This document shows, piece by piece, positions 39,303-51,154 of a stretch of DNA of 64,000 nt; the stretch's first letter is position 1; each line of letters opens with the position of its first letter. The DNA lies in the IMG/VR virus record IMGVR_UViG_3300028805_004760, positions 96,001 through 160,000 of that record; one strand, 5' to 3'. The position numbers were made by a program, and so were the translations under genes. The DNA is from a virus (Duplodnaviria; Caudoviricetes). The notes under the pieces are model-generated. The model was given only the letters and a program-made list of their open reading frames with translations, was not told the origin of the DNA and did no database searches.

Positions 39303-39328
39303 AAAGCGATACCTTGTGGTATCGCTTT
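39303..39328. terminator. Bidirectional terminator
   Basis: AAAGCGATACC/GGTATCGCTTT. Confidence 0.7.
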
Positions 39329-40593
39329 AATTATATATTGTAAATTTTGGATATAAATTAGGAGTATCTTTATCTTCTATTTCAGACTTATGATTTTCCC
39401 ATCTCTTATAATATTTTGAATCTTCAGTATAATCTTCCTCATCCAAAAATACATATCTATATTCTTGGTTTGTTCTGCAAGCATATGCATGAATATTGAT
39501 ACCTTCTTTTACTGCATCTTGGATATCCTCAAATGTAAATGCTTCTTGCTCAGTTACATATTTGTATTCTTCAGGATATAATTTTTTTAGATCATCTACA
39601 GTTAATTTATATAAATTCAAAAATTCTTCCTGTGTATTAATAACAAGCTTTTTAGTTACATTAGCAGCACGTTCAATAACCCTTCGCCAAATAAAATAAT
39701 TTAGCCTATCATTAATATGATATCTTATACTATACATAATTTTATTCAGTTTCTAAATCAACATTACATTTCAAAAAATCTGAGAAGTTAAATAAATCAT
39801 AATCCCAAAAACTAGAATCATTACCTTCATCATCAATACAAACTTCATAATGATGAAACTCAATATAATTACCAGTACTTGCTAATATATAATAATTAGT
39901 ATATTTATCATAAAGCTTCTTTTCTGGATTATTGATAAGCCAATTTAATGCATCGCGTACATTATTTATTTTCATTTATTTCTTTCTTTTTAATTTCTGC
40001 CAAAAATATATTTCTATCAGATACTTTATAAGTACGTTTCATGTCTTCAATACCATTTGCTTTATATAATGCGCTTGGAGTAACTACATATTTAATATTT
40101 TCATTTTTATCAAAATCAAACTTTGAAATACTTCCCACAATAAAATTTCCTTTAACTTTGATAAATACCAAATCACCGATATGCATCTCATGACCTAATG
40201 CATCGTAATATGTATCAAATAATGTACTCATATAATTTACTTAATCGCTGTTATAACTCTCTTCCAAGAATATCCAGGTGCTGAATTACAATACTGTGTC
40301 TTAGATACTCCATCCATTCCAAATACAATTCTTGTTTTAGGATAATAAGAAGATTTATTATTTCTACCAGTACATGGTGTGGTTCTCTGAAGTTTCAACT
40401 TAATATACTTATTATTGATTTTAGTTATATCAATAACTTCATAATCACGATTCTTATCCCAACTACAATTAATATGCTCCCAAATATTATCTTGATGAGT
40501 ATCTTTAGAATATAGTTCCATATTGACAATATTGCCAATCTTTATATTTGTTAAATCTAATCCTTTAACTTCAAACTTAACTTCATTATTCAT
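39327..40593 (-). other. Four small hypothetical genes (39327-39737, 39742-39975, 39962-40231, 40237-40593)
   Basis: Co-oriented ORFs downstream of promoter motif 40801-40840. Confidence 0.7.
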
Positions 40594-40910
40594 ATTGTAT
40601 ATATTTAAAAGTTTCTACATCATACGTTCTTATCTGTGTAACCTTGTGCATGACCTGCTTCATAACAGTATTGCATATATCGCTTAACACAATTAAGCTG
40701 ATATTCATTTAGTTGTCTACCACAAATTGTATTGTTAATAAACTTCTCATACTGTTTTTCTACTGCGGAATTATATTTCATATTTTAAATATTATTTAAA
40801 TTACAAATATAATATAGAAATTAATTAATATTATTCAAATTTTTATGTTAATATTTGAAAAAGTTTGTTAAATAATATCTATTTTTTAATAATTATATAA
40901 ATAAGTATAA

Positions 40911-42677
40911 ATGAACCAATCTTGTATATGTGTTATTTTAAATAATGATCATGAATATTTAAAGGAATGGATAGATCATCATTTAAATTTAGGTTTTAAT
41001 CATATATATTTATTTGAAGTACCCGAATCAAAATCACATAAAACAATTATAAATGAGTATAATGAAAATGTATCATTATTTAGAATAGACCAATTAGATA
41101 TTGATATAAAAGATTATTTTTATCATCAATATACATATAATTGGTTTATATCTAAATATAAAAACGAATATGAGTGGTGCTTATTTTTAGATAATATTGA
41201 TAGTTTTTTTATATTAACAAATGAATTACTCGAAAACTTTTTAAATGGTTATCATGAAAAAAATGCATTATTAATACGTTGGAAATTGTTTAATGCTAAT
41301 GGTAATACTTCAAAGCCATATAAAGGCACTGTTATTGAAAATTATGATAAACAGTTTTATGAAGAATTCAATATTAATGATGGTCATATATATAATTCAT
41401 TTGTTCATATGTCATTAATAGAAAATGAAGTATTATTTAATAGTAAGTTCATTAATTATGTTAATGGTTTATATGATATTGATTTAAATAAAGATATTAA
41501 TAATGAAAATGATATTAAAAAAGTAAAAGTATTAATTAATAATGCTTATATTAATACATACGTTACAAAATCATGGGTTGATTGGTGTTCAAAAATATAT
41601 AAATATATTAATTGTAAAGAAAAATTAATAAAAAATGAATACATGTCATTAGATACATTTTTTACATATAATGATGATTTAACTATATATGACGAAGTAT
41701 TTATTAATAATGAATTAAAATATTTTCATAACGAAATTATAAAAGATAATATTTATTATATATTATCATATAAATATAATAAAACACTTAACGATTATAA
41801 TCAATTTAGTCAATCTTTACAATATAGATTTTATAAATTTTATAATGAAGATTTAAGAAAAAAACTTTTAAATAAAAAAGTTGCAATCGTTTTATTATCA
41901 AATGACATAAACACATTATCATATGATAGATATTCTAATTTAGAGTTTTCATTATATGATTCTGATTATGATTTATATTGGGCGATATCTTCAGAAAATA
42001 AAGAAGAATTAATTAATGGCATAAACTATTATATTTTTGATAAAACAAAATTAAAAGAAAAATATGGAAAAATATTTTATGCAAAATATTATAATAAATT
42101 ATTTAATGTATCATTAGTTATACAAGATTTTTATGAAAACAACCCACAATATGATTATATATGGTGTGTTGAAGATGACGTATTATTTTCTGGACAATGG
42201 ATAAATTTTTTTGAATATTTTGATAATTCTAGTGATGCTGATTTATTAGCATCTAACATACAAAAAATAGATTATTCAGTAATACATTTTATATCACCAT
42301 TAGTATCAGATTCAAATATATACAATAATAATTTGTTTAAAGAGAAATTACAATCATTTAATCCTGTTTTTAGAATATCAAGTAATGCATTAAAAATATT
42401 AATAGATTACTACAAATCTGGAAATTCTGGGTATTATGAATTTTTGATGCCATCATTAATTAATTTACATGGATTAACATTAGAAGATTTTGGTGGAGAT
42501 GGTGAATATGTTAAACCCGTTAATAAAAATAAGTGGTATATTAAAACATTGCAAAATCACGGTATTTATGGATCAATACAAATAAGTGAAAAAATATTAG
42601 TAAATCTACTTGAAAAATTGCACGAAAATAATAAAAACATATTAATTCACCCAGTAAAAATATTATTAAATAAATAA
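40911..42677 (+). CDS. Two-domain glycosyltransferase
   Basis: N-terminal YLKEWIDHHLNLGF GT2/92-like domain; C-terminal YDYIWCVEDDV..HPVK GT-A domain. Confidence 0.75.
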   Translation: MNQSCICVILNNDHEYLKEWIDHHLNLGFNHIYLFEVPESKSHKTIINEYNENVSLFRIDQLDIDIKDYFYHQYTYNWFISKYKNEYEWCLFLDNIDSFFILTNELLENFLNGYHEKNALLIRWKLFNANGNTSKPYKGTVIENYDKQFYEEFNINDGHIYNSFVHMSLIENEVLFNSKFINYVNGLYDIDLNKDINNENDIKKVKVLINNAYINTYVTKSWVDWCSKIYKYINCKEKLIKNEYMSLDTFFTYNDDLTIYDEVFINNELKYFHNEIIKDNIYYILSYKYNKTLNDYNQFSQSLQYRFYKFYNEDLRKKLLNKKVAIVLLSNDINTLSYDRYSNLEFSLYDSDYDLYWAISSENKEELINGINYYIFDKTKLKEKYGKIFYAKYYNKLFNVSLVIQDFYENNPQYDYIWCVEDDVLFSGQWINFFEYFDNSSDADLLASNIQKIDYSVIHFISPLVSDSNIYNNNLFKEKLQSFNPVFRISSNALKILIDYYKSGNSGYYEFLMPSLINLHGLTLEDFGGDGEYVKPVNKNKWYIKTLQNHGIYGSIQISEKILVNLLEKLHENNKNILIHPVKILLNK

Positions 42678-42688
42678 TTAATTAAATA

Positions 42689-44239
42689 ATGGCTAAGCTA
42701 ATATCATTGAACAACATTTGGTCGGATAATACATCTTTAGCATATATAGCATATTATAGTGGTAATTCATTATATAGTATACCTAGACCTAATAGTTTTC
42801 CAAATCAAGGTGCAAATAATTTTAAATATTATACAGAATCTGCTGCAAATAATGCGTCTTTTTTAGCAAATTTTCAATCACATACTACGGCTTATGGATT
42901 AAAAAGTTTAAATAAATCAGCACAATCAACAACGAAATTAATTACAAGAGACATATTACAGCAAGGAGCTTTAACAACAGTAAATGCGGATATTAGATAT
43001 CCAATAAGTGATTGTGGTTATTATTTTAACGGTGATGATGATAGTCAAAATGCAACATTGACTGGAGTAGAATGGAATATCAGTACTAATAATAATATTA
43101 ATAGTTATTTATTATATGGTAATAGTTATTTGCTTAGTTTAGTTAAGAACCAAAATATTCCAAATAATGAATTAATTCAATTACAAGAAAATAGTAAGTG
43201 TGCATTTATGCAAATTGGCCAGTTTTATGTATCATATAATTCTAACGGTAATCATACTGTATATACTGATTGTGTGGATTGTCATATGTTGTCTAAAGCA
43301 GTAAATTATGTTTCTGATGAAACAAATCCAATTTATTATTATCTAGTTATTGTTCCTTATTATAATAGATGTGGACTTTCAAATGGATGCGCAATGGGTT
43401 ATTATGGTGGTGCTAATATTGTTAATTATTTAAAATCATATTATAAAACGCAAAATAATTATGTTTTAACAAATTTAACTAATGATTCTACATTTTTTAA
43501 TAACTTTATTAATTCAACAGATATTAAAGTTGCGTTACAGAATTATGCAACTAGTATGAGTGATAATGGCTTGAATATATTTTATGAAGTTAAATTATGT
43601 TCAGCGACTGATATAAAAAGTCCATCATATCATTATTGGTATCATTTAGCAACAACATCAGAACCTTATGGTTTTTGTCCATTTAACTATTATACATGTT
43701 TAGTTCAATTATCAAAAAATATCAGTTGTGGATTTGGATCATCCATGAAAAGTAAACCATGGGTAAGTTATGTATATGAGCCAACTTGGTATAATATGTC
43801 ATATCAAGCAGCATTTAATGGTTATACTTTTAGTTTAATAGATTTGATTAAGGATAAAATCAATCTTGAAGCTGGTTATAATATATGCGATGAGGCTTAT
43901 TTTTTATGTGATTTAATTGATAAAAATGTTTTAAATACTTGCGCACATTACGATAATGTAAAATTATATTTCGGTGGTACGAATGGTGTCATTGCTAATG
44001 CACCTTCAGCATGGTCATATATATCTGATGCAAAAGGTTTATCATGTTTTTATAAAACAATAATATTACCAATTGCGGTTAAATATGGTGTATTAGTTAC
44101 TCCACCTTCAGCCCTAAATTGTTGGCGATATGGTCGTCAAGTAACTAATACAACACCAAACTATATGCCTATATATAAAGGCGTAACATATTTAACAACA
44201 TTACAACCTAATCAAATTTATAGTTATGCATTATCATAA
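42689..44239 (+). CDS. Hypothetical protein (possibly virion-associated)
   Basis: 516-aa Asn/Ser/Tyr/Cys-rich ORF. Confidence 0.75.
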   Translation: MAKLISLNNIWSDNTSLAYIAYYSGNSLYSIPRPNSFPNQGANNFKYYTESAANNASFLANFQSHTTAYGLKSLNKSAQSTTKLITRDILQQGALTTVNADIRYPISDCGYYFNGDDDSQNATLTGVEWNISTNNNINSYLLYGNSYLLSLVKNQNIPNNELIQLQENSKCAFMQIGQFYVSYNSNGNHTVYTDCVDCHMLSKAVNYVSDETNPIYYYLVIVPYYNRCGLSNGCAMGYYGGANIVNYLKSYYKTQNNYVLTNLTNDSTFFNNFINSTDIKVALQNYATSMSDNGLNIFYEVKLCSATDIKSPSYHYWYHLATTSEPYGFCPFNYYTCLVQLSKNISCGFGSSMKSKPWVSYVYEPTWYNMSYQAAFNGYTFSLIDLIKDKINLEAGYNICDEAYFLCDLIDKNVLNTCAHYDNVKLYFGGTNGVIANAPSAWSYISDAKGLSCFYKTIILPIAVKYGVLVTPPSALNCWRYGRQVTNTTPNYMPIYKGVTYLTTLQPNQIYSYALS

Positions 44240-44320
44240 AAATAAATTAATAAATTTGCTTAAAATAAGAAAATAATAATTATTTTAATTAAATACAAAA
44301 ATATATAGAGTAAGATAAAT

Positions 44321-45457
44321 ATGGCATTAACAGATGAAGAATTAATGGAACAAGCATTACAAGGACAAATTCCCGAAGCTCCAGTTGGTCCTATACAGGA
44401 AAATGGTGAGCCTGCTGAACCATTAAGAGAAAAACAAGTTGAAAATAATCCTGAAGAGCCAAGATCTGAAGCAGCAAAATATCTTGGTACAAAATTAAAT
44501 CATAAACCAGGAGATAATCCTTTTGTTGATAAAGATGCAGATCAACGAATGATTGATGAAAAGAAACTTTCACGTATTGGTGATAAGATTGGTCAAAATG
44601 CAGAAATTAGAGAAGGATGGATTGATGTAGATAAAGCATTACTTGGTAAGAGAGCAATATTCTATCCAGAAAATTGGAATTTCCGTATCCGTCCTGCAAC
44701 TGTAGAAGCAATTCGTAACTGGTCAAATATTGATGATGAAAATCCTAATTCAGTAGATGATGTATTTAATGAAATTCTTAAGAGTTGTTTAGCAATTATT
44801 GGACCTGGTGGTCAACCAATACCATGGGGTAATATTAATAACTGGGATCGTTTCTTCTTCTTATTACTTATTCGTGAATATACATTCCGTACTGGTGAAA
44901 AAATAATTAAGTATACTGATTATTGTCCAGAATGTGATAATGAAATTGACTTCCAATTAACATCACAATCATTGATGTATGATTTCCCAGATGAGGAAGT
45001 TATGAAGTATTATTCTCGTGAAGAAAGATGTTGGTATATTGATCCTGCTGAATTTGATATTGAAGGAGAACAACCAATTCAACTTTATTTACCAACACTT
45101 GAAAAGGATGCTGCTATTAAGGCTTGGTTAATTGCACGTTTACAAGAAAATCGTAATCGTAAGATAGATCAAACATTTATTAGATTTGCAAGTTGGCTTA
45201 CACCAAAGATTTCTAAAGACGCTACAATTGCTCAACGTCAAATTAGAGAAATTGATTTGAAGTATAAAGGATGGAATGAAGATATGTTTACATTTATGGA
45301 TGATGTACTTCGCAATATTATTGTTACACCATCAAATAAGTTAATTATTAATTGTCCTATTTGTGGAGAGGAGGTAACATCAGATATACGATTTCCAAAT
45401 AGCATCCGCGATCTATTCAACTTATCAGGTAAACACAGAAAATTTGGTCAAAAGTAA
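44321..45457 (+). CDS. T4 gp26-like baseplate hub / tail assembly chaperone
   Basis: IRPATV, DRFFFLLLIR, CPEC and CPICG motifs. Confidence 0.65.
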   Translation: MALTDEELMEQALQGQIPEAPVGPIQENGEPAEPLREKQVENNPEEPRSEAAKYLGTKLNHKPGDNPFVDKDADQRMIDEKKLSRIGDKIGQNAEIREGWIDVDKALLGKRAIFYPENWNFRIRPATVEAIRNWSNIDDENPNSVDDVFNEILKSCLAIIGPGGQPIPWGNINNWDRFFFLLLIREYTFRTGEKIIKYTDYCPECDNEIDFQLTSQSLMYDFPDEEVMKYYSREERCWYIDPAEFDIEGEQPIQLYLPTLEKDAAIKAWLIARLQENRNRKIDQTFIRFASWLTPKISKDATIAQRQIREIDLKYKGWNEDMFTFMDDVLRNIIVTPSNKLIINCPICGEEVTSDIRFPNSIRDLFNLSGKHRKFGQK

Positions 45458-45701
45458 GTTGTATATTTGCAAAGACTATCATATACAACCATCTGAAATT
45501 GGATTATTACCTTATTATGAATTTGAAATTATGCTTGAAGAAATTAAGCAGATTCATAAAGAACAAGAAAAGGAAAATGAAAGACAACAAAAAGAATCAG
45601 ACATGATGAGAAAACAATATAATCCAAATAAGATGATGAGTAGTATGAATCATTCTATGTCAAATATTACAATGCCGAAAGTTAATATACCTAAATTTTA
45701 A
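45444..45701 (+). CDS. T4 gp51-like baseplate hub assembly protein (possible frameshift extension)
   Basis: HIQPSEIGLLPYYEFEIML resembles the gp51/TAC C-terminal module; no ATG start. Confidence 0.6.
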   Translation: MVKSKLYICKDYHIQPSEIGLLPYYEFEIMLEEIKQIHKEQEKENERQQKESDMMRKQYNPNKMMSSMNHSMSNITMPKVNIPKF

Positions 45702-45727
45702 AAGGAAGTACTTAAGTACTTCCTTTT
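45700..45727. terminator. Bidirectional terminator (perfect palindrome)
   Basis: AAAAGGAAGTACTTAAGTACTTCCTTTT between convergent genes. Confidence 0.75.
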
Positions 45728-46467
45728 TACATTATTACATGACCTAATTCACGTTTAATTAATTTCATACCATCATCAAGATATTCTATTAAATAGTGTT
45801 TATATATACAATCTATACCATAGAAATCTGCTTCATTAGTATTCCAATGAATTGGTGTATCAGGTTCAGTATGTCCAAATACTTGAGACCAAATAACACC
45901 ATCTTTATCTACATACATTGATTTCTTTAATCCTTCAGGGCGAATCCAAAGTGGACTATTCCATATTGAACTCCCATAGCAGTCGCCACCATCTCTATAT
46001 GTAAAACAAAATGCTTTAGTTTCAATAGTATTGATATCACCTAATGAACCCGATTTAATCCACTCATTAAACCAATTCATAGATACTCCAGCATGAGAAT
46101 ATATTGTTTTATTAATTTCATCTATAAATATCATTTGAAGAATCTCTTTATCCCAGTCTCTGCATAAAGGATACCCAGCAACTGATGCAGATAAAGAATT
46201 CCATCCTGAACATCTCCCAAAATTTTCATCCATATAATGCATATCATGATTACCAATTAACATTATGAATCGTCCTTTATGCATCTTTAAATGTTCTTTT
46301 CTAAGATTAATTATGTTCTCATACCCATCACGTTGAGTATATACATCTATGTTAAAAGAATCAAAATAATCTCCTAAAATAATTACTTCATCAGGATTTT
46401 CCTTATCATATATTTGTTTTACTAATCCCCAACGTCCATGTGGATCTCCAATTACTATTCGTTTCAT
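45727..46467 (-). CDS. Metallophosphoesterase
   Basis: GDPHG, GDYFD, GNHD, SHAG, FGHT. Confidence 0.88.
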   Translation of the reverse strand: MKRIVIGDPHGRWGLVKQIYDKENPDEVIILGDYFDSFNIDVYTQRDGYENIINLRKEHLKMHKGRFIMLIGNHDMHYMDENFGRCSGWNSLSASVAGYPLCRDWDKEILQMIFIDEINKTIYSHAGVSMNWFNEWIKSGSLGDINTIETKAFCFTYRDGGDCYGSSIWNSPLWIRPEGLKKSMYVDKDGVIWSQVFGHTEPDTPIHWNTNEADFYGIDCIYKHYLIEYLDDGMKLIKRELGHVIM

Positions 46468-47399
46468 TAATAAGTTAAATTTAAAGGTATCATATATGTA
46501 TTTTCAATATAACGCTTTCTAATATCATTTGAATCTAAATATATATCTAATATTAATTTTTTAAATTCATTAAATAAAAATTCATCATCAAATTTATTAA
46601 TATAATTATAGATATAATCTAATTGTTCATTCGATAATTCTTTGTTAAAACAATAAAGATTAACTAAATGTGTATTTGGTGAATATAGATGGTCCTGATT
46701 GTTTTTAATACATCTTTTAAATAAAAATTCTTCAATTGATTTAAATATAAAATGTTTTAATTTTATATTTGTAATATTATTACTAAATTGAAGTATATCA
46801 TTAATATTTCTTACAATTGTACCATCACCTTTACATATTTTATCACATTTTATTTTATGTGTATATTCTAATCCTTGTATGTTTTCTTTTAAATTATTAC
46901 AATTAACAATTATTTTTGTTTGGTTATTATAATAATCATTAATTCTTTGTGTAAAACGTTCATTTAATGGTTTATTTTCATAATATGTTAAATTATTAAA
47001 TCCAAAACAATCCCAATTGATCAAAATACATTCATTCGTTTGACACCAATCTTCATCAAAATAATTATTTATATTGTTATTATATTTTTCATCTAATTCT
47101 AAAAACTCATCAACATCAAAAAAACATATAAAATCATAATTAATATAATTATTCAAATATGTTTCTTTTAAAAGTTGATTATGATTAAAATATAAATCTT
47201 TTTTATTGATAACATCTATAAAATTATCATTAGCATCAATAATGTCATATATATCTTCAGCATAATCACCTGTGCTATCATTATTATCAATGATTAACAT
47301 TTTAGTAAACCCTAAGTTTCTATAATGTTCTATATATTCATTTAAATATTTATTTTCATATTTTACTGGTGTTATGATTAATGATTGATATGTACTCAT
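46467..47399 (-). CDS. Glycosyltransferase (GT2-like/GT92 type)
   Basis: ENKYLNEYIEHYRNLGF, FFDVDEF; paralog of 5486-6301. Confidence 0.8.
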   Translation of the reverse strand: MSTYQSLIITPVKYENKYLNEYIEHYRNLGFTKMLIIDNNDSTGDYAEDIYDIIDANDNFIDVINKKDLYFNHNQLLKETYLNNYINYDFICFFDVDEFLELDEKYNNNINNYFDEDWCQTNECILINWDCFGFNNLTYYENKPLNERFTQRINDYYNNQTKIIVNCNNLKENIQGLEYTHKIKCDKICKGDGTIVRNINDILQFSNNITNIKLKHFIFKSIEEFLFKRCIKNNQDHLYSPNTHLVNLYCFNKELSNEQLDYIYNYINKFDDEFLFNEFKKLILDIYLDSNDIRKRYIENTYMIPLNLTY

Positions 47400-47429
47400 G
47401 TTTAATATCTATATATTTATTAAAAATAT

Positions 47430-47870
47430 TTATTTGCCAAATGTATTATCAATTTCTTTTTTACCATTTTCATATTTCCACCAATAACCATCAACAAAAT
47501 AATAATTAGCTTCAGATTTTCCCAAATGCGACCATCTTTTATAAAAATCAGGATCTTTCGTATAAAGACGTCGTTTAAAATTTAAGATAAGATCTTCACA
47601 AATAAAATCAGGTTGTATCTTTTCAGCTTTATTAGATAAACACTTACATAAATTAAAATCTTTATTTTTATATGCAATAAGGCATTCTCTATATAATTTT
47701 ATCCAATCAATATGATCTTTATACATAAAATTACAAGGATGGTTTTTCCACTTCCCAGTGCCTTCAACCATATTAATTAACCAACCGCATTCTTGTATTT
47801 GACGGTTTAATCTTTTTGAATCTAAATCATCTGCAGTATCTGCACATGTTCCTGTTAAAAAAATTGTCAT
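47430..47870 (-). CDS. Pyrimidine-dimer DNA glycosylase (DenV-like)
   Basis: LDSKRLNRQIQE and WKNHP motifs; LYTKDPDFY. Confidence 0.7.
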   Translation of the reverse strand: MTIFLTGTCADTADDLDSKRLNRQIQECGWLINMVEGTGKWKNHPCNFMYKDHIDWIKLYRECLIAYKNKDFNLCKCLSNKAEKIQPDFICEDLILNFKRRLYTKDPDFYKRWSHLGKSEANYYFVDGYWWKYENGKKEIDNTFGK

Positions 47871-48052
47871 TATTCAATTATACAATATATTAAAATTATT
47901 CCTATGATAACCAAAAATAAACATCCAACTAATTTTAAACAACCTTCCATTAGGAATGTAAATATCCACTCCAAAATATCTAAAAGATGTCCTAATAATC
48001 CACCACAAACAAAGCAAATTATAATTAAAATAATTATCCCAAGTGATACCAT
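47870..48052 (-). CDS. Small membrane protein
   Basis: Hydrophobic 60-aa ORF. Confidence 0.6.
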   Translation of the reverse strand: MVSLGIIILIIICFVCGGLLGHLLDILEWIFTFLMEGCLKLVGCLFLVIIGIILIYCIIE

Positions 48053-48124
48053 ATATTATTTAATTAAACTAAATAAATATAGTAACGCTTGGGATAAATT
48101 TTCAAATATAATTTAAATTATATT

Positions 48125-48922
48125 TTAGTTTTTACCTTGTGCTTGTTCACTATTATCAGTATTAGATTCTATAGTCTTTGCTGATGTCTTTTTTGTTGAT
48201 GTCTTTTTAACAGGTGTTGCATTTGCTAATGTTACTGTTGGAGTAGTATTAAACATTTTAAAACCACCATTTTGCATCATTTGCATGAGCATCATTGTTT
48301 CAAACATATTTGATTCTCCCTTGCTCTTATTAAGGAACATTAGCATCATCATGTTTGGATCAATTCCATTAGTCTGATTACCATTCTGATTCATCATCAT
48401 GTTAAGCATCATGAACTTCTCCATATCGACATCTCCGCCTTCACCATTCATAAATGCAAACATTAATGGATTAAATCCGTTTACTGTATTATTGTTAAAT
48501 CCAGCAAACATATTCAATACGACGCAAACAGTTTCTGAATTTGTCATAAAATCCTTAGTCTTATTAATCCTAAGATTATTGCCATTAAAACAAAGAACCT
48601 CAATATAATCCTTGGTAACCTTGGTGATCTTACCATACATAGCCTTTTCACCTTCGCTTACAAGCATAATATCATTTTCACTAACCTGTGAATATGGACG
48701 ATCAATCAAATAAACAGGAAAATCCATTACAAACTCTGGTTCATATGAAACAATGGCACCATCATTGTTAATACCAATATAACTTTCACCAGTTGGATTA
48801 GTTTTCTTCAATACAATTGTACCATCAAAAGTCATTCGCAACTGGCCTGACTTTGTTGGTCTGTACTGAGCCATCATCTTTTCAAGCATACGCTTAAACA
48901 TACTGTTCTTTTTTTCTTCCAT
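48125..48922 (-). CDS. Hypothetical protein with Met-rich C-terminal repeats
   Basis: NPLMFAFM, MMLNMMM, PNMMMLMF, MMLMQMM. Confidence 0.8.
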   Translation of the reverse strand: MEEKKNSMFKRMLEKMMAQYRPTKSGQLRMTFDGTIVLKKTNPTGESYIGINNDGAIVSYEPEFVMDFPVYLIDRPYSQVSENDIMLVSEGEKAMYGKITKVTKDYIEVLCFNGNNLRINKTKDFMTNSETVCVVLNMFAGFNNNTVNGFNPLMFAFMNGEGGDVDMEKFMMLNMMMNQNGNQTNGIDPNMMMLMFLNKSKGESNMFETMMLMQMMQNGGFKMFNTTPTVTLANATPVKKTSTKKTSAKTIESNTDNSEQAQGKN

Positions 48923-48997
48923 TTCTTTTATTTATTTAAATTAAATTAATAACAATTACATTTTTAAAATAGTTTTAACATATAATATTTTTCAACA

Positions 48998-49645
48998 TTA
49001 TAAATGATTCTTGATCAAAATAGGTTCTAAATGACTACGAATATCTTTTTCATATGAATGCCATTTTTCTTTCTTTACTTCATATTCCATTGTTTCGCGA
49101 GCATCTAATTGGGCTTGCTGTTTTGAAAGACCACAACATTGCCAATCAATCATTAATGCTTCCCAATCTATTTTATTCCAACCATGTTTTAATCCATATT
49201 CTAGGTGATGCTTATTGTGGTTACGATGCCACTTTTGGACTTTCTTATAATCACCTTTCCATAATAGTTTAAGCCATGGTTTTTCAATATCATGCAATAA
49301 ATATTTAGGTTTCCATATTCCTAAATTCAATGCAGTTAATTGAAATCCACACCAATGAGCGAACCAATAACTAAATGAACTACGATCTTCTTTTCCAAAC
49401 ATACTGAATGAAGTATATTTTTGAAATACCTCATCTAATGTTTTATAATATTCAAAATTAAATGATTCATCATTAGCATCAACGATCATATAATTATATT
49501 CATCCCTATGATTAATCCATTCATATTTGAAATATTCTTCAAAATCTGAAATATCACGTTCTGATGGATTTTTAAGATTATAAAGATGATATAATCCTTT
49601 GCGCTGAATAATTGTTGGTTTAAGTCTTAAATAATCGTTAAGCAT
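48998..49645 (-). CDS. HD-domain-like protein
   Basis: LLHDIEK, HRNHNKHHLEY, MIDW. Confidence 0.65.
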   Translation of the reverse strand: MLNDYLRLKPTIIQRKGLYHLYNLKNPSERDISDFEEYFKYEWINHRDEYNYMIVDANDESFNFEYYKTLDEVFQKYTSFSMFGKEDRSSFSYWFAHWCGFQLTALNLGIWKPKYLLHDIEKPWLKLLWKGDYKKVQKWHRNHNKHHLEYGLKHGWNKIDWEALMIDWQCCGLSKQQAQLDARETMEYEVKKEKWHSYEKDIRSHLEPILIKNHL

Positions 49646-49683
49646 ATCAATTTTATTAAAATTACAAATAAATATAGTTCATT

Positions 49684-50061
49684 TTATTTATTATTCAAAT
49701 TATTAAAATAATGATTATGAATCCATTTAATTGTTGCTTCTATTTTAGGATCTTCCCATCTATTATTTACATGTTGTTCTAATTGATAACACAATTTATC
49801 CCACTCTTTAAATTTCTTATATTCTTGCATATATTCATTCTCAGATTCAGGATATTTTTCATGATGTTTATAATGATAATTTTTGCATGTTTCGGGTGTT
49901 TCCATTGTTTTATCAATATCTCTATCAAACCAATTTTGATGAGGCCAACAATACTGGTGTATTTTCATTTCCATTGTACAACAGTAATCACTATCCCACC
50001 AGCAAAAACCATCACAGTTTAAACAACATTTTTTATCAGAGAAATCTTTAAATTCTGTCAT
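49684..50061 (-). CDS. Hypothetical Cys-rich protein
   Basis: CCLNCDGFC..YCC. Confidence 0.7.
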   Translation of the reverse strand: MTEFKDFSDKKCCLNCDGFCWWDSDYCCTMEMKIHQYCWPHQNWFDRDIDKTMETPETCKNYHYKHHEKYPESENEYMQEYKKFKEWDKLCYQLEQHVNNRWEDPKIEATIKWIHNHYFNNLNNK

Positions 50062-50389
50062 TATTTATTTCTTGTTTTTATTATAATTACGATGTCGTTT
50101 TCTGATATTTCTAATAATTGATCGTTCATATACATATCAATTATCTAATTCTGGTGATAAACTCATAATTTATTTAAATTCTCACATTACATATCTTTAA
50201 TATATTCTTTTACTGCAATTAATGTTTCAACAGAACCAGTAAAATAATTTTGGTCACATAATTCAATACTATCTTTTAATTGATCTTTAGTAGCACCAAT
50301 TTCATAATTAAGATAATCTATAATTTGATTTTTAAATAGTTCTTTTTGTTCTTTAATTAAGTTAATCATATTATGCAACATAAGTTTTA

Positions 50390-50899
50390 TTAAAAAAGTT
50401 CTTCACAATTTTCTTTTAATATTTTCTTAGTCATAAACAATGATCTTCTTGTTGATTCTGGATTAATTCCTGAAAGCCAATCATTATATGAAACAGATCC
50501 AAACAAAACTTTCTTATAAACTAATTTATATTTTCCATTATTATTTAATTCCTTTTTAAAAGCAATAAATATGTGTGGAACTTTTTTATCTTTATTTGGA
50601 AACTTATTATCACCAGGACATCTATTTTGTGCAAATTTTAATTCTTTTACATTAGATGTAGCTTTAACTTCCATAGCGATATTTTTAAAATATCTATGCT
50701 CAATATCGTGACCTGTTGTTTCATCTCCATGCATCACACGAGAACCATAAATTTCCTCAAATGCATCTAATAGACAAATCTCAATAAGTGACGGTATCAC
50801 AGCACCATTTAACCCATCATGATATAACACTTTATAATATGTGTTATTAAAAATCTCTTCAGATCTTTTTACAATTTGTATTAATCGTTCTTTTTTCAT
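50390..50899 (-). CDS. Putative PD-(D/E)xK nuclease
   Basis: GHDIE...MEVKAT. Confidence 0.55.
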   Translation of the reverse strand: MKKERLIQIVKRSEEIFNNTYYKVLYHDGLNGAVIPSLIEICLLDAFEEIYGSRVMHGDETTGHDIEHRYFKNIAMEVKATSNVKELKFAQNRCPGDNKFPNKDKKVPHIFIAFKKELNNNGKYKLVYKKVLFGSVSYNDWLSGINPESTRRSLFMTKKILKENCEELF

Positions 50900-51154
50900 A
50901 CATTTTAATTTTAATTAATAATTTATTTAACGTAATTTATCTTCTATCCAATCATTTATATTACATATGCCATAAATAATGATTATTGTAATCACAACAA
51001 AAATACCAAACCATGAAAAACACCAGAAATAAAACCTCTATAAGCAATTAATTTCTTACTAGTCCATATATCTTTATCATAATATACTTTAAAGATATAA
51101 TATCCAATTGACCATAATAGCCAACCTAATAAATAAGTTAAAAATGTTAACATA

